64,000 bases of DNA from an uncultured virus (IMG/VR IMGVR_UViG_3300031952_000012) (Duplodnaviria; Heunggongvirae; Uroviricota; Caudoviricetes), in IMG/VR virus record IMGVR_UViG_3300031952_000012, one strand, 5' to 3'. How positions within the stretch are numbered: the stretch's first letter is position 1; the number at the start of each line of letters is the position of its first letter. A program made the position numbers and the translations under genes. Shown piece after piece: positions 52,175-62,324 of the stretch. The notes beneath the pieces were generated by a model. The model worked only from the letters and a program-made list of their open reading frames with translations, was not told where the DNA came from and searched no databases.

Positions 52175-52714
52175 CTACTGGTCGACTCTAAAACTGCATG
52201 CGATGCTCACTCGATTATTCGTTCCAGCCGATGAGATTCTCACTCCTCCTAAGTGATCCACAACTAGTGTTCTGGCTCCAACATCCGAGTCGGTTGTGAA
52301 AATCAAGTCGTACGTCGGACAACAATTTGCGGGCAGAACAAAAATGTCATCGTAGTTTGTCCCGTTCTTTACGACTCCGGCAATCTGAACCCGACCCGCC
52401 GAGTCTCTCGCATATCTCGCCGGCGAAAGAGTACTTCCCCAATTGACCCAAGAATTTAAAAGCGTCGGCGTCGCCCAAGCGGGGAGCGGAGACACCATCG
52501 ATGAAATCTGCCGAATCAATGCGAGCGCGATTCCCTCGACGAAGTCTTTGCCGAGCGGGTTGGCGCCGGCGAGATCATACTCGGTTGGAGCGCAAATCGC
52601 GCCGACGACTGGAGTCGCACCGACCACCGCGCCGTTTTCAAAGATCTGCACCATCTCGAGTTTGGCGGCTTCACTCGCGGCGGCTTGATCGGTTGTTACA
52701 GACAGTGCAGCCAT
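52175..52714 (-). CDS. Short tail-fibre-like protein
   Basis: W..PTLLNSWVN...RYARD..GRV...G.VK.G...IFVLP..C.P; start MAAL. Confidence 0.7.
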   Translation of the reverse strand: MAALSVTTDQAAASEAAKLEMVQIFENGAVVGATPVVGAICAPTEYDLAGANPLGKDFVEGIALALIRQISSMVSPLPAWATPTLLNSWVNWGSTLSPARYARDSAGRVQIAGVVKNGTNYDDIFVLPANCCPTYDLIFTTDSDVGARTLVVDHLGGVRISSAGTNNRVSIACSFRVDQ

Positions 52715-52721
52715 ACTCCCC

Positions 52722-53573
52722 TCATTTCGTCTTTGAGATACTCGATAGATATTGAGAAGCGCTCGCCTCGAAAGTATTGATTGCCGTTTGCGCGGCAAGA
52801 CCCGCTGAATTCCCGGTAATGCAAGCGGCGTTTACTGCCGCAACCATTGTTGTCGTTGCAATTCCGATTGCTTTTCCCGCCGGTGGAATGAGCAGTTTAT
52901 CAGTCGCGGGTAGCATCGCTGCGTTGTACGCGACCATCGCTGCCTGAATCGCGGTAAACGCCGCCGCTATCTGAGCGAATTGCACCGCGAGTGAAGTGTC
53001 GAGTGTCGTTTCTTTCGCTCGGTACGTCGACCCCATGACGAGTTGCTCGATGGCCGCTTCTTTCCCGAGTCGAACTTTGTCGCAATCGAGAATGATTGTG
53101 TCATCTGATTTGAGAGTGATTTTTGATTCGGCATCGACTTCGATTTTCCCCGAGCCCGACGTTCGCAAGCGATAGGGTTTATCGGCCTCGATGTCGAGCA
53201 CCACCTCATCGGCGTCGACAATCGCATCGGAGGGAGGCGGGTCCGCTTGCGACCAAAGACGTGCGACGACCACCGCGCCTTCTGCCGGGTCGCCGTTCGG
53301 AATGACCACCACGAGCTCATCGTCTTTGTGAATTTTCCCGTAGGCGCCGAACGAATTGCCCGCGTAGCCCGTGCCCACTCGGGCGCAAACCACTTGCCCG
53401 CTCGGCGATAGCGTCACGTCGACAAAGACGCCCTCGGGTGCGTCGACGGCCGATTCTCCGTTTGCGTAGGCGAGCGTGACCCAAACTCTCGGGTCCATTC
53501 CGGGACGCGCCAACGCTTGCCCCAAGCGCTGTGTATCGAGACCCGTTCCGACTCTTGCGCGCCCCTTGGCCAT
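52722..53573 (-). CDS. Baseplate spike/assembly protein (gpV-like)
   Basis: OB-fold ARV...AG..FG...DDELVV...GDP; position after the hub. Confidence 0.8.
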   Translation of the reverse strand: MAKGRARVGTGLDTQRLGQALARPGMDPRVWVTLAYANGESAVDAPEGVFVDVTLSPSGQVVCARVGTGYAGNSFGAYGKIHKDDELVVVIPNGDPAEGAVVVARLWSQADPPPSDAIVDADEVVLDIEADKPYRLRTSGSGKIEVDAESKITLKSDDTIILDCDKVRLGKEAAIEQLVMGSTYRAKETTLDTSLAVQFAQIAAAFTAIQAAMVAYNAAMLPATDKLLIPPAGKAIGIATTTMVAAVNAACITGNSAGLAAQTAINTFEASASQYLSSISKTK

Positions 53574-55229
53574 TTACTTCCTCGCCTCCACGTAATTCTG
53601 GAAATCGAAACCGATGCTCACCCCGCTCGACGCATTCCAGGCGAATTTTACCTCTTTCACTCTGAACACAGTTTGAAGTTCTTGGATCGAGTTTCGCGCG
53701 GTCGCGACAATTACTCGAGCAAGATTCGCATCGCCGAGTCGTTTGGTCAGAGCGTCGACTTCTTCTTTTTCGCTGCGTGCCTGATGCGAGATGAGCTCTG
53801 CGACAACGGGCGGTCGAGAGCCGAGCACCGTATTCGCGGCGGTGACAATCTCGACGGCATCGCCCGGACGCAACGAAAGCAGATCGGGATCCTGATTGTC
53901 GCCGCCGAATGATGCGAGATCTTTTGTCTCAATCGAGCCGCTTATTTCGGCGCGTCCAATCTCCTCGTAAAGCGATCGCGCGATGCTTTTGAGTCGGTCT
54001 TTGTTTCGGATGCCCGCCACAGGAATTCTGAGAATCTCCTCTTGAGAGGCTTCGCCCGTTGGCGTGACGCTTGTCGCCTGTGTTTTCTCGGGCCATCGCG
54101 CCTCGAGAATGCGTCCCTTGTAGCCTCGTTGTTTTGAGCCGGGGTCATGCGAGACAACTAAAATCGTGGGGCGCTTTCCCGTTCCGCAGAGTTTGCGCTC
54201 CATCTTGAAATTGTCGATGTCGAAACCGTAAACCAAACGACGAAGTGCAATCTCGTTTTTGCCCTCGGCCGTTGTCACCGTTCGGCGCTTTCCGTCTTTA
54301 AAGGGCGTCGGATGTCCGGGCGTTCCCGCGTTCAATCTCTCATACAAACTTTGCGCGCGCCGAATCATGAGCTTCTTGCCCTGAAAATACGGCACCGCAT
54401 TCACCAAAAAACAGAATTGCGTGATGGCATCCCATAGACTGATTTTGTCTGTGTCGCCCTTCATCGGCATCTTGGGGTCCGCGCCGACGGCGTTTTTCAA
54501 GGGCCGAATAAGGTCAGTGTCGTTCACAACTTTGGGTAGACCTTGCGTTCCCCAATCAGACTCGGGAGCATCAATCGATAAATTCTGAGGGTTGATTTGA
54601 GACTTCAACAGAGGGTGAAATTTCACGATTTGTGTTACTACGCTTTTAATGTCCTGCCCCAATTTTATCTTGTCGAGCATCTCTGCTGTCAACGAAGTGT
54701 CGAGTAGAATTCCTCGATAGTCTCGACCCTCCATGTGCACGAGAGAACCGCTCGCCGTATGCTCTGCCGTTATCGTGTCGACGAGACCCGACATGAGCAA
54801 CGTCGCCTCGTTGACGGTGCCGCCTTGCGTTCTCGTGTCGAGATAACTCTGACGTTTCTTTGTTGGCAAAATGTTTTCGGTAATGCCTCGACCGAATTTT
54901 CCAGCCTCGACGGCGCCGAGGTGAACCTCAACATCGATTGCTCGCATCACGCGGGGATCAATTGGGAAATCTTTGTACTCGAGAGTGAGTGAGAATTTAT
55001 TCGCCTGCCGATATCCCGGCATCTCGACCGAGCATGTCTTCGGCAAAATGTTCATGACCTGCGAGAGATTGTCTTTCGATGCAAGAGCTCGGGGTTTCTC
55101 TCCCGCCGCCGTTCCTTTTTCTGCGAGACTTTTGACCGACTCGGGCGCAAGCGAGACAACTGTCATCGCCTCGTCGAACCGAAGTTTGAGATTGATGACC
55201 ACGCTTGGATAAAAAAGACTCGTCATCAA
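53574..55229 (-). CDS. Baseplate hub (gpD/gp27-like)
   Basis: GLVDTI...MEGRDYRGILLDT, LRPGDAV; synteny. Confidence 0.75.
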   Translation of the reverse strand: MMTSLFYPSVVINLKLRFDEAMTVVSLAPESVKSLAEKGTAAGEKPRALASKDNLSQVMNILPKTCSVEMPGYRQANKFSLTLEYKDFPIDPRVMRAIDVEVHLGAVEAGKFGRGITENILPTKKRQSYLDTRTQGGTVNEATLLMSGLVDTITAEHTASGSLVHMEGRDYRGILLDTSLTAEMLDKIKLGQDIKSVVTQIVKFHPLLKSQINPQNLSIDAPESDWGTQGLPKVVNDTDLIRPLKNAVGADPKMPMKGDTDKISLWDAITQFCFLVNAVPYFQGKKLMIRRAQSLYERLNAGTPGHPTPFKDGKRRTVTTAEGKNEIALRRLVYGFDIDNFKMERKLCGTGKRPTILVVSHDPGSKQRGYKGRILEARWPEKTQATSVTPTGEASQEEILRIPVAGIRNKDRLKSIARSLYEEIGRAEISGSIETKDLASFGGDNQDPDLLSLRPGDAVEIVTAANTVLGSRPPVVAELISHQARSEKEEVDALTKRLGDANLARVIVATARNSIQELQTVFRVKEVKFAWNASSGVSIGFDFQNYVEARK

Positions 55230-56353
55230 ACACCCGAGTTGATCAATCGAGGAACCATGATGAACATTCCCGCCAGTAGTTTACTGCTAGTTAAACCGTT
55301 GTACTTGAGCAGTCGTCGCCACTCCTCTTGCGTTCCATAGAACCTTGTCGACACATCTCTCAAATCCATATTCGTATGAGCGGTAAAGACGGCGAGAATT
55401 TCCTGCTCGTCATCGCGGCGCGTGAGCGTATCGTTCTGTTCTGCCGCCGTCGTCTTCAAGAGACGTGCAGAGATTTTGACGCCTCGAACATATGACTCGG
55501 CGGTCAACGTTTGCCCTTGCGAGAGCGCATCGATTTCGTCCGTGTTGATGAGCGCTCGTGCCGCTTTCGACGAGACGATATTCTCGATTCTCAGAGCGCC
55601 CTCTTTGATGGTTTCCATCGCGGCGAGCGTTCTCTTTACGGCGGTCGCGGGCGTGAGCACGGCGTCTGTGATGTTGGCGGTTGTGTCGGTTATCGAACCA
55701 ATTGCGTCTGAGATGATGGCGTCCATTTCGTCGAGCGCCCTTTGGATATCCTCGACGAGCGAGAACGGCGCCGCCAACGAAGTATGAAGTTGATCATAGA
55801 GCGTATTGAACTTTGCGCTCAACGATTTCTGGTCGACCTCGAGGGCGAACGAAATGGGAACCTCTCGCTCTCCCTGTGAAATCCATTTGAAGGTTATCTC
55901 CCAATTAAGAATCTCTGCGCGATCCCAATTCTGCACGAATTGCTCGACGATGCCGTGTCGAATCTGTTGATCCCATGTGACCTCGACGACCTGCCCCTCG
56001 CGGCGAATACTGTCGACGGTCTTGGCGAGCTCGACGACATTCGCGACGGGTTGCGTTGCGCCTGCGCCGCCTGTGCCTAGAAGAGCAATCGCGCTCGCCT
56101 GAACCGCTCGTCCCTCATCGTCGATGCTGCGCAAGAATCTATCAGCCCATCGACCTGTGATGGTCGTGGGCGCCTCTTCGTTGCCGAGCACCTGCATTGA
56201 CGCGATTGGATTGCCTGGGTACCAGGTTGTTTCGGCGCGCATCGAACCCGAGAGCGTGAACGGTCGATAAGGAAGAGCGCGCTCCTTCAGAATCAAAACT
56301 CGCTTGCGACCCGTCTGTTCGGCGATCGTGAATGCGCTTGAGCTCTCTGGCAT
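55226..56353 (-). CDS. Tail tube initiator with C-terminal LysM/gpX-like domain
   Basis: YPGNP..SMQVLG; DLRDVSTRFYGTQEEWRRLLKYNGL. Confidence 0.75.
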   Translation of the reverse strand: MPESSSAFTIAEQTGRKRVLILKERALPYRPFTLSGSMRAETTWYPGNPIASMQVLGNEEAPTTITGRWADRFLRSIDDEGRAVQASAIALLGTGGAGATQPVANVVELAKTVDSIRREGQVVEVTWDQQIRHGIVEQFVQNWDRAEILNWEITFKWISQGEREVPISFALEVDQKSLSAKFNTLYDQLHTSLAAPFSLVEDIQRALDEMDAIISDAIGSITDTTANITDAVLTPATAVKRTLAAMETIKEGALRIENIVSSKAARALINTDEIDALSQGQTLTAESYVRGVKISARLLKTTAAEQNDTLTRRDDEQEILAVFTAHTNMDLRDVSTRFYGTQEEWRRLLKYNGLTSSKLLAGMFIMVPRLINSGV

Positions 56354-56367
56354 GCGTCACCGTCCCT

Positions 56368-58380
56368 CTAGACTCCGAAGACTGGGCTGAAACCGCTCTG
56401 AAGTTTTCGCTCTCCCATGGCCGCTACGTCTCTCGAGAATGCAATTGCGATTCGATCGGGGTCGAATCCCTCGGCGAACTTTTGCGTGATGTTGAAGCGC
56501 GCGTCGGGGAAGTTGTTGACTGTTCCTGCGCGGTCGTCGGGCGGTGCCTTCTTACGTTTGAGCGCTTCATCGCGCGCCGCTTGTAGCAATGCCATCTGTG
56601 TTTCGGCTTCGACCTGCGCGACGGAGAGTTTAAAAACCTCGGTCGGTACCGCAACAGCCGCGCCGATGAATTGTCCGATGGGCTTTATGTAATCGTAGAT
56701 CTTCATGAAGAGCCCTCGAATCGCATCATTCAATTTGCTAATCGGTGTGATCATTGCGTTTAAGTTAGCTAAACCAATGTCTGTCACGCCTTTTAAATAG
56801 CCCTGTATATCTTCAACCATTTTCATAAACCCGCCACCAGAGACTGTAATAGCGTTCCAAGCATTCACAAATGGTGCTGCTATAGAACCAGCGGCGCTCG
56901 AAATAAGCGAAATCATGTTTTCATAAAATCGCTGAAAGACTCGAATATAAAAAAGTGCTTTCTCTAGCTGTGAAAGCCAATTGTTAATCATGTTCGGAAT
57001 GACTGTGAGAAAAAAGTTTCCCACCCCACCCGATGGTGCAAACGTCTTGTTGAACATCTTTGTAATTGGCAAAAACATCTTCGCAACTTGATCGGACATT
57101 GCGCCAAAGTGAACTGAAATACGCTTCCAGATCTCTCTGAATCGTGTCGTGACGCCATTGATGTTTTTTGAATATGCTTTCCACGTCGCCCAGATTGCGA
57201 GCGAGATCGCCGCGACTGCCGCTATCACTACCAGTATGGGAGCCGCCGCCGCTGTGATTGTCGCGATTAAACCAGCACTCGCCGCCGCCCCGCCAGTACT
57301 AGCAGCCGTCCCGCCAGCACCTGCCCCCGCAACAAACTTCGGAAACATCGCGGTGAATGCCGCCGCCGCGCCACCTTCAGCCACCGCTCCTGCGCTTGCC
57401 ACTGCCGGCGCCGCCGCTTTCATAGCTAACTTTGCGGCAACGAATTTTCCACCCTTCATCAACAACGGAATCCATCCGGCGATACTCTTGCCCGTCAACT
57501 TCGAGATTGAGAAATTGAGTAGCATTATTTTTCCGATGCCTATTAACCCCTCGTGAAATCGTGTCAAAAACTTTGTGAGCACACCCGCAAAACGTTTGGC
57601 AGAGGCGAGCCACTTATCCATATTTTTTTCGCCGTACTCCATCAGCTTCGTGATGAGCGGCAAAAGAGCGGCGCCAATCTGAAGTTTGATTCGATTCCAC
57701 CCTTCCTTCATTCCACGCTGTGCTTTGATGTAGCGGTCCAACATCTTCATATTGTCATCGCCCGCGATGCCGTATTCCATCTGCTCTTTTACGGCATCTG
57801 TTATCGCGCCCTTGCCTTTTTTCAGAGCCTTCTCGAGTAGCATGGCGTTTTTCACGGGCATACTAAAAGCGTTTGCTAGCTGCACAGCGTGAATCTTTCC
57901 GCCTTTTATCCCCTCTGCGATTTGCTCCATCGCCACAACGGGCCCCTTTGACATACTGACGCCCATCTGAGCGAGCATAACACTAGTTGTGTTAGTCGAT
58001 TTCCCCGTTGCTGCCATAATCATGTCGAGTTTCGATCCCTTTTTAGAGATCGACATCAAGATGCGTTCCGACTCGGTCATCGAGACGCCAGCCTTATCAA
58101 AAACGTTTATCAGCGCCTCTGATTTTTTGGCCGAAACATCTGCCAATTGACCGATGCGTTTCACCGATTTCAAATGCTCGATGGTTTCCGAGAACGCCTC
58201 TTTCAAACCGAAGCCCGCCGCCATAGCACCGGCGGCGAGCCCGAAATGTCCGAGTGCACTTGACGCTTTATCGAAAACACCTGTCACTCGACTAGCCGCC
58301 GAGTAAACGGTTTTCAGTGCCTTCGATGCGGTGTCGTTAACCGTGACATTGAGTAGAACTGTCTGTGCTACATCCGCCAT
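56368..58380 (-). CDS. Tape measure protein
   Basis: 670 aa helical A/G/K-rich with hydrophobic segments; follows the chaperones. Confidence 0.85.
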   Translation of the reverse strand: MADVAQTVLLNVTVNDTASKALKTVYSAASRVTGVFDKASSALGHFGLAAGAMAAGFGLKEAFSETIEHLKSVKRIGQLADVSAKKSEALINVFDKAGVSMTESERILMSISKKGSKLDMIMAATGKSTNTTSVMLAQMGVSMSKGPVVAMEQIAEGIKGGKIHAVQLANAFSMPVKNAMLLEKALKKGKGAITDAVKEQMEYGIAGDDNMKMLDRYIKAQRGMKEGWNRIKLQIGAALLPLITKLMEYGEKNMDKWLASAKRFAGVLTKFLTRFHEGLIGIGKIMLLNFSISKLTGKSIAGWIPLLMKGGKFVAAKLAMKAAAPAVASAGAVAEGGAAAAFTAMFPKFVAGAGAGGTAASTGGAAASAGLIATITAAAAPILVVIAAVAAISLAIWATWKAYSKNINGVTTRFREIWKRISVHFGAMSDQVAKMFLPITKMFNKTFAPSGGVGNFFLTVIPNMINNWLSQLEKALFYIRVFQRFYENMISLISSAAGSIAAPFVNAWNAITVSGGGFMKMVEDIQGYLKGVTDIGLANLNAMITPISKLNDAIRGLFMKIYDYIKPIGQFIGAAVAVPTEVFKLSVAQVEAETQMALLQAARDEALKRKKAPPDDRAGTVNNFPDARFNITQKFAEGFDPDRIAIAFSRDVAAMGERKLQSGFSPVFGV

Positions 58381-58382
58381 TG

Positions 58383-58607
58383 TCAGCCCCCCTCAAATGC
58401 ACTCGCCATCGCGTCTTTCTCTTCTCTCATTATCTCTGCCAGCTTATCGACAAATTGATCGAGCTCTCGTTTCGTCATCGACAAAATGTTGGGCACCTGT
58501 TGATGCCCATAGCGTGCGGCGAATGCAATCAACTTCCACAAACTCGCCTCGATTGGTTCGATCTCCGCTTGCCGATACATCGCGCAAACAAACCCAGCAA
58601 ACGTCAT
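58383..58607 (-). CDS. Tail assembly chaperone, -1 frameshift extension (gpT-like)
   Basis: In the -1 frame of the upstream ORF; open back to the slippery site. Confidence 0.7.
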   Translation of the reverse strand: MTFAGFVCAMYRQAEIEPIEASLWKLIAFAARYGHQQVPNILSMTKRELDQFVDKLAEIMREEKDAMASAFEGG

Positions 58608-58948
58608 CCAACCTTGATACGTCTGCTGGCCTGGAATTTTTTTATCGTCTCCTCTTTTGCGTTATTTGTCTCTGTGTACGCGGTAACAATTAGCTGCCGA
58701 AGTTGAGGCGAAAACGATTCATAGGCTTTATCGGCAGAGCCATCCGCGAGAGTAACCTTTTGGTCGTTGATTTCACAAAGCGCCTGTTTCGAGAGCTCTG
58801 AAACTGCCGCCGCGATATCCGATCCTACTCGACGATAAACCATTTTCTCCTCTTCGATGGTCAACTCACGCACCCCCATCGACTCAATACCATTGACACG
58901 CACCTCTTCGGGCACATCGTAAACATAGATTTGTCGCGCTTGCTCCAT
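58604..58948 (-). CDS. Tail assembly chaperone (gpG-like)
   Basis: Between tube and tape measure; RELT..EE motif; A-AAA-AAA at 58643-58637. Confidence 0.8.
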   Translation of the reverse strand: MEQARQIYVYDVPEEVRVNGIESMGVRELTIEEEKMVYRRVGSDIAAAVSELSKQALCEINDQKVTLADGSADKAYESFSPQLRQLIVTAYTETNNAKEETIKKFQASRRIKVG

Positions 58949-58985
58949 TGCGTTTCTCCCTTTGTGTTTTTACTACGTGTGAATC

Positions 58986-59414
58986 TTAGAATTTGCTGTA
59001 CCCTTCGCATTCCCACTCGAGATTGATTGTTCCGTAGTCGGCACGACTCGGGAAGCCGATAGGAATTTCGCCGAAGAAAACGTTTTTGAAAATGTGGCGA
59101 ATGCGCTCGCCGCTCGGGAAGTTCATCGTCGCTTTGAAGTTGATCATGCTGCCGGGCTTCTGTCGTTGCGCGCGGTCGACGATCTCTTTGATGAGTTTGA
59201 AAATCTCGCCGTTCTCGAAATGAATTTCTGTTTTGCCTCGGCAACCGCGAAAGATTTCATCGCGGCGATCCGTCTTCTCGTTCAGGTAGCCTTCCTTGAG
59301 AATTTCAGTTTGGATTGCCGCCTCGAATGAGCGAATATTCGTGATGTTCGTCTTGGGCTCGCCGTTGAGAATGTAGATCAATTCAATTTCCTGCCCCTTG
59401 ATCCTGTGCTCCAT
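58986..59414 (-). CDS. Tail tube protein
   Basis: 142 aa beta protein directly after the sheath. Confidence 0.8.
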   Translation of the reverse strand: MEHRIKGQEIELIYILNGEPKTNITNIRSFEAAIQTEILKEGYLNEKTDRRDEIFRGCRGKTEIHFENGEIFKLIKEIVDRAQRQKPGSMINFKATMNFPSGERIRHIFKNVFFGEIPIGFPSRADYGTINLEWECEGYSKF

Positions 59415-59443
59415 GATTTGACCCTTACCTTAGACGCTTCACC

Positions 59444-59483
59444 AAAAAGAAAAGCGCGGAAAGCCTCTCGGCAATCACGCGCC
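59444..59483 (-). terminator. GNRA-capped hairpin with U-tract just upstream of the tube gene
   Basis: GCGCGTGATTGCC-GAGA-GGCTTTCCGCGC-TTTTCTTTTT. Confidence 0.55.
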
Positions 59484-59524
59484 CTATCCCTTCAAAATGA
59501 AGGTGTGGCCGTCTGAATATTCAC

Positions 59525-59553
59525 AGCCTACTCGTTCAAAACTCGATTGTCCA
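59525..59553 (-). promoter_or_regulatory. Sigma70-like promoter TGGACA-N17-TAGGCT
   Basis: 17-nt spacing; between two terminator-like hairpins. Confidence 0.45.
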
Positions 59554-59560
59554 ATTCGAT

Positions 59561-59595
59561 AAAAAAGCCCCTCGGAGGGAGAAATTCCGAGGAGC
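59561..59595 (-). terminator. Intrinsic terminator after the sheath gene
   Basis: GCTCCTCGGA-loop-TCCGAGGGGC-TTTTTT. Confidence 0.75.
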
Positions 59596-59627
59596 CTTAC
59601 CAATTGCACATCAGAGGAAAAATGGCA

Positions 59628-61616
59628 CTACGTTACGGTTATCGTGACGTCCTCGCCAATCTCCGCCTGTAGCACGAAGAAATCGCCGGTCGCCAACGTC
59701 CGCACCTTCATGATTATCACATGAATCCCCTTCGCCTCAAGATTCGGGGTGTTGCCGCTGACGTCATCAATCAGGTAGTCGTTAAGTCGTTGCGCCGACG
59801 GATTGTCTTCGCTCTTGAGACCGGAGAGATATGCCTCCATCTCGCCGACCGCCGAGTCTTTGAGCCCTTGCGTGAGCGGTTGCTTTGCGAACTGGTTCAA
59901 ACGTTCGGCGCAAGAATCTTCGAGCATGTCCGCGAAGCGTCGACGATTGATGTTCTTCTGCCCCGACGTGAGAGACGAGGTAACGCCGCTCTGGAAAATG
60001 AACCCGCCGATGGTGCGGTCGAATCGAATCGCGGCGATGCCCATCTTTCGCATCAGGATGTAGTCGGTCATGTTGAGACCGGAAACGCCTCGCTGAAATG
60101 ACGTTATCGGTCCGAGAATCGCGGGCACCGGGTCCGTCGACTGCGCAGGATTTCGCTCGGGAGCGAGATTCGAGAGTAGCGCGGCCATCCACATGTTGAG
60201 TTGAGTATCGAGCATTCCGTCAGCGTGATTGAAGCCGTCGGCGCCTTTCATGTTGAAGCCAACTGCCTCGGGAATGAACGTCTGCGCGCCCGGCCAATTG
60301 TAGATGATGCGCTCGTTCCGAGTCGCTCCGACGCCCGGTGACGCATCGGTTACAACTGCACTCACAGTGAGTGTGGTGAGCGGGGGAGAGACTGGCGAGA
60401 TGCGTCCGTAGCCTATCGCGCTTGCGTCGAGTATATGCGCTCTCTGTTTCGTGCGAATGGTCTCACTCGTTCGAGCAGGCACAACAATGTTTACATCCCG
60501 TGAAGGCATTTCGTCGGCGAGCAACGAGTCGAAACACGACGCGTAAAGCGCATCAATCGTTGCATCGCTGACAGCATTCGCGGCCTGAATCGTCGAGGTG
60601 TACGTGAGAGCGCCGGTCGGGTGCGTTCTCATCTGAAGACCCGAGAGCGGATCCCAAGTCGTCGCCGTTCCCGCTGTGGGAACGATTGTGGGGTTGATGG
60701 TCGTCGCGGCGAGAATCGTCGCATCGAGAGGACGCGCGGGCACCGTGCACGCGATAGCATCGTCGCTCTCGCCGACGCCCGTGTCGGCATCGGTCGCGGG
60801 ATGAATGCGATAGGGTAGCGCCGTGGTCGTCGACCAATCGAAGTTCGTGCCGTCGAGTTTCTCAACAACCAATGCGGTTGCGAGAGTCGGGTCAGATCTC
60901 ACTCGATAGGTTGCGGCGTTCACACCTAGTGCGCCTGCTCCACCAATTACACCGAGCACCAAGAAATCGCCCTTCTTGACGCCGACGCCACCGTTGGCGG
61001 TGAGGAATCCGCCGAGCGCCGAAGTGAAGGTTTGGAATTGCGCGGGAGCGCCGGCCGCTGTCACCGCACCATCAACGTTTTGCGAATAAGCGCCAACGCC
61101 TGTGAACGTGCAGCGCTTGCCGACCTTGACTCGATTAACGCCGCTCTTGAACTCACGCCCAGCCGCAACCGAGCCGGCAGAGACAGTGACGATTGGCGTG
61201 GGATTCGTGGCGCTCTTATTCGTCGGAAGCTCTCGATAGAGTCTCACAGCGTTTGCGCTTGCGAGATTCACGGGCACGCAAATGAGTCTCGAGAACTTCT
61301 TGTTTCTCAGAGCAATGAATCCAGAACCGCCGCTGATGCCGGTGTCGCCAATCGACTCGTCGAATCCGCCGAGTTTGTCGAGCAGATCTTGAGCCGAGGT
61401 GACCTCGACGGGTTGGGGTTTGGTTGTAACAACACCCGTTGTGTCGACAGAAACAGCGTAAGTCATGTCAGCAAATTCACCGATGACCGCGACCGTTCCC
61501 GTTCCGACACCATTCACGGCGCCGGGTGGCGGCAAGTCGACGATCACAACGCCTTCAATCAGAGTGATGGTCTCTTGCCCGGGAAAACTTCCATACCTGC
61601 GAACAAATCCTGACAT
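59628..61616 (-). CDS. Tail sheath protein
   Basis: EGVVIVD..PP...GVGTG.VA..GE; C-terminal NINRRRFAD...YL..LK. Confidence 0.9.
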   Translation of the reverse strand: MSGFVRRYGSFPGQETITLIEGVVIVDLPPPGAVNGVGTGTVAVIGEFADMTYAVSVDTTGVVTTKPQPVEVTSAQDLLDKLGGFDESIGDTGISGGSGFIALRNKKFSRLICVPVNLASANAVRLYRELPTNKSATNPTPIVTVSAGSVAAGREFKSGVNRVKVGKRCTFTGVGAYSQNVDGAVTAAGAPAQFQTFTSALGGFLTANGGVGVKKGDFLVLGVIGGAGALGVNAATYRVRSDPTLATALVVEKLDGTNFDWSTTTALPYRIHPATDADTGVGESDDAIACTVPARPLDATILAATTINPTIVPTAGTATTWDPLSGLQMRTHPTGALTYTSTIQAANAVSDATIDALYASCFDSLLADEMPSRDVNIVVPARTSETIRTKQRAHILDASAIGYGRISPVSPPLTTLTVSAVVTDASPGVGATRNERIIYNWPGAQTFIPEAVGFNMKGADGFNHADGMLDTQLNMWMAALLSNLAPERNPAQSTDPVPAILGPITSFQRGVSGLNMTDYILMRKMGIAAIRFDRTIGGFIFQSGVTSSLTSGQKNINRRRFADMLEDSCAERLNQFAKQPLTQGLKDSAVGEMEAYLSGLKSEDNPSAQRLNDYLIDDVSGNTPNLEAKGIHVIIMKVRTLATGDFFVLQAEIGEDVTITVT

Positions 61617-61628
61617 GATTTCTCTCCT

Positions 61629-62324
61629 CTAACAGTCGTCAGCCAATGAAATTTGAGGGTCGTCTGTAACAGTGAGTTTATGCTGGAACCGAGCATCGGG
61701 ATAGGCAACAAGTTTCATCAACGGCACGTTGCCTTGTAGAGTGAAAATCAATCGGCGATATCGTTTCATCGCATCGTCCGAATCATCGACGTACGAGATC
61801 GATTTCAAAGAGTATGAAGAGCGCGCGTTATAGTAATGCGGCAAGTCCAGTCTGAACCCATACATCCAGTCACATGGATTGAACGCATCCTCCAACATTT
61901 TCGCAAGCCCCATTCTCTCTCTCGGGTCGGTTGCCCAAACATCAACAACCAGATTCAAAACCATTTCCGCCAAAACCACAAAGTATCGACCATCGGGCGC
62001 GGCGAGTCTGTAGTCTTTGTTTAGACCGGGGGTGAATCGACTTGCATCATATTCGCCCGCCTCGGTCGAGTAGACAAGCGCGGATGGATACGTCGCGACA
62101 TCCTCGGGCTCGCTCCAATTCTCGATGACGCGTTTCAATCTCAACTCTCGACCGCCGGGCATCTGAATTTTTATCTGACTCAGATATTCTGAGAGACCCC
62201 GAGTGAGCGCCGTTCTCGTGTCGGTCTCACAGTTAGCGGTCGGCTCAATGGGCGTGGTTCGATCGGACACGAGAACCGTGCCGACCTTCGAGGAAACCAC
62301 CGCGCCTGTAGGAGTTGATGTCAT
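61629..62324 (-). CDS. Tail terminator/completion protein
   Basis: YPSALV, VDVWA...ER; position before the sheath. Confidence 0.65.
   Translation of the reverse strand: MTSTPTGAVVSSKVGTVLVSDRTTPIEPTANCETDTRTALTRGLSEYLSQIKIQMPGGRELRLKRVIENWSEPEDVATYPSALVYSTEAGEYDASRFTPGLNKDYRLAAPDGRYFVVLAEMVLNLVVDVWATDPRERMGLAKMLEDAFNPCDWMYGFRLDLPHYYNARSSYSLKSISYVDDSDDAMKRYRRLIFTLQGNVPLMKLVAYPDARFQHKLTVTDDPQISLADDC

Noticed and set aside
33000..53000. Diversity-generating retroelement or invertible fibre cassette
   Set aside because: No reverse transcriptase or invertase, and I saw no TR/VR pair or inverted fibre fragments
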